From Acutalibacteraceae bacterium (GTDB lineage Bacteria > Bacteroidota > Bacteroidia > Bacteroidales > Bacteroidaceae), in the NCBI GenBank assembly GCA_963616155.1, contig CAVEJY010000167.1, forward strand, positions 12,810 to 36,809: DNA of 24,000 nt. Direction: 5' to 3'. The notes under the pieces were generated by a model. It was not told the origin of the DNA. It ran no database searches and saw nothing but the letters and a program-made list of their open reading frames with translations. The position numbers and the translations under genes are program-made. Numbering within the stretch: the first letter of the stretch is position 1; every line of letters starts with the position of its first letter. Of the stretch, positions 23,499-24,000 are shown piece by piece.

Positions 23499-24000
23499 AG
23501 ACGTTCATTTTAGAGAAGGTTTGAAAATACTTGAGACAGACATTCCGCCACTCCTTGGCATTGTCGAGCTGCACGTTGAGCAGGGAGTCTGTCAGCTGCC
23601 ATTCCTGCTCGTGTCCCTTCATGAAGGGGAGGGCGCGGGTGTGCCAGAAGTCGCGGTACACCTCCACCATCGCCACGCCCTGGTTGTATTGCATGCAGAG
23701 CTGTTGCCAGAGGGTGCTGCCGGATTTCATCTTGTACGTCCAGGGCACATGATGGAACCAAAGGAGGTATTCCTCGGGACAGGTTTCGATGTTGTCGTAG
23801 AGGCTGCGGTAGGGCTCGGGATACTGTCCCACGGCATCCGTGCCCTTGCTGGAGCGGTCGAAGCCAATGCCCTCGGCATCTGCCTTGTGGTAATAGACGG
23901 GGCACCATTCGAGGGGGTATTCCGCCTTGAAGCCGTCGGGCTCGGGACCGTAGTGGTGGTCGAACTTGAAGATGTGGTGCAGGCCCAGCGGCATCATGTA
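23491..24000 (-). CDS. GH67-like alpha-glucuronidase, C-terminal part (N-terminus lies outside the window)
   Basis: HHYGPEPDGF, YHKADAEGIGFDRSSKGTDAVGQY, EEYLLWFHHVPW, SGSTLWQQL and NAKEWRNVCLKYF resemble the GH67 C-terminal domain as I remember it from Geobacillus and Bacteroides AguA. The stop at 23491-23493 overlaps the next gene's start by 8 nt. Confidence 0.75.
   Translation of the reverse strand, partial: YMMPLGLHHIFKFDHHYGPEPDGFKAEYPLEWCPVYYHKADAEGIGFDRSSKGTDAVGQYPEPYRSLYDNIETCPEEYLLWFHHVPWTYKMKSGSTLWQQLCMQYNQGVAMVEVYRDFWHTRALPFMKGHEQEWQLTDSLLNVQLDNAKEWRNVCLKYFQTFSKMNVYE

Overview
The window looks like a Bacteroidota chromosomal segment, Bacteroidales/Prevotella-like. The evidence is SusC/SusD pairs, many lipobox lipoproteins, and promoter boxes matching the -33 TTTG / -7 TAnnTTTG consensus. 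All family calls come from reading motifs by eye, not from searches.

Layout, left to right:
1. PUL fragment (1-5106, +): the 3' part of a SusC gene, a SusD gene, and a surface-lipoprotein gene carrying a large internal tandem duplication.
2. AT-rich, repeat- and hairpin-dense intergenic region of about 700 nt (5107-5820). It holds a promoter, a perfect palindrome and two tiny unannotated transmembrane-peptide ORFs.
3. Tightly coupled three-gene envelope operon of unknown function (5821-9431, +): a DUF4369-like lipoprotein, a polytopic membrane protein with a helical-repeat C-terminal domain, and a PD40/TolB-like beta-propeller lipoprotein with a single CXXCH motif. This is my best candidate for an undescribed system.
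4. A decapitated AAA-ATPase-like gene stub (9471-9659). It is fused by an ATGA overlap to a YhcH/EbgC-family gene, followed by a secreted 1305-aa GH2 beta-galactosidase with a C-terminal discoidin domain (9656-14051, +).
5. A complete SusC/SusD pair (14325-19109, +).
6. A convergent minus-strand cluster (19220-24000): an MFS sugar transporter, an acyltransferase-3 membrane protein, a GH35-like glycosidase and the 3' part of a GH67-like alpha-glucuronidase.

No regulator (HTCS, ECF sigma/anti-sigma, SusR), tRNA/rRNA, CRISPR array or intact mobile element is visible. Codon usage shifts visibly from T-ending codons on the left to G/C-ending codons on the right. The many long antisense or out-of-frame ORFs in the track fit that bias and are rejected.
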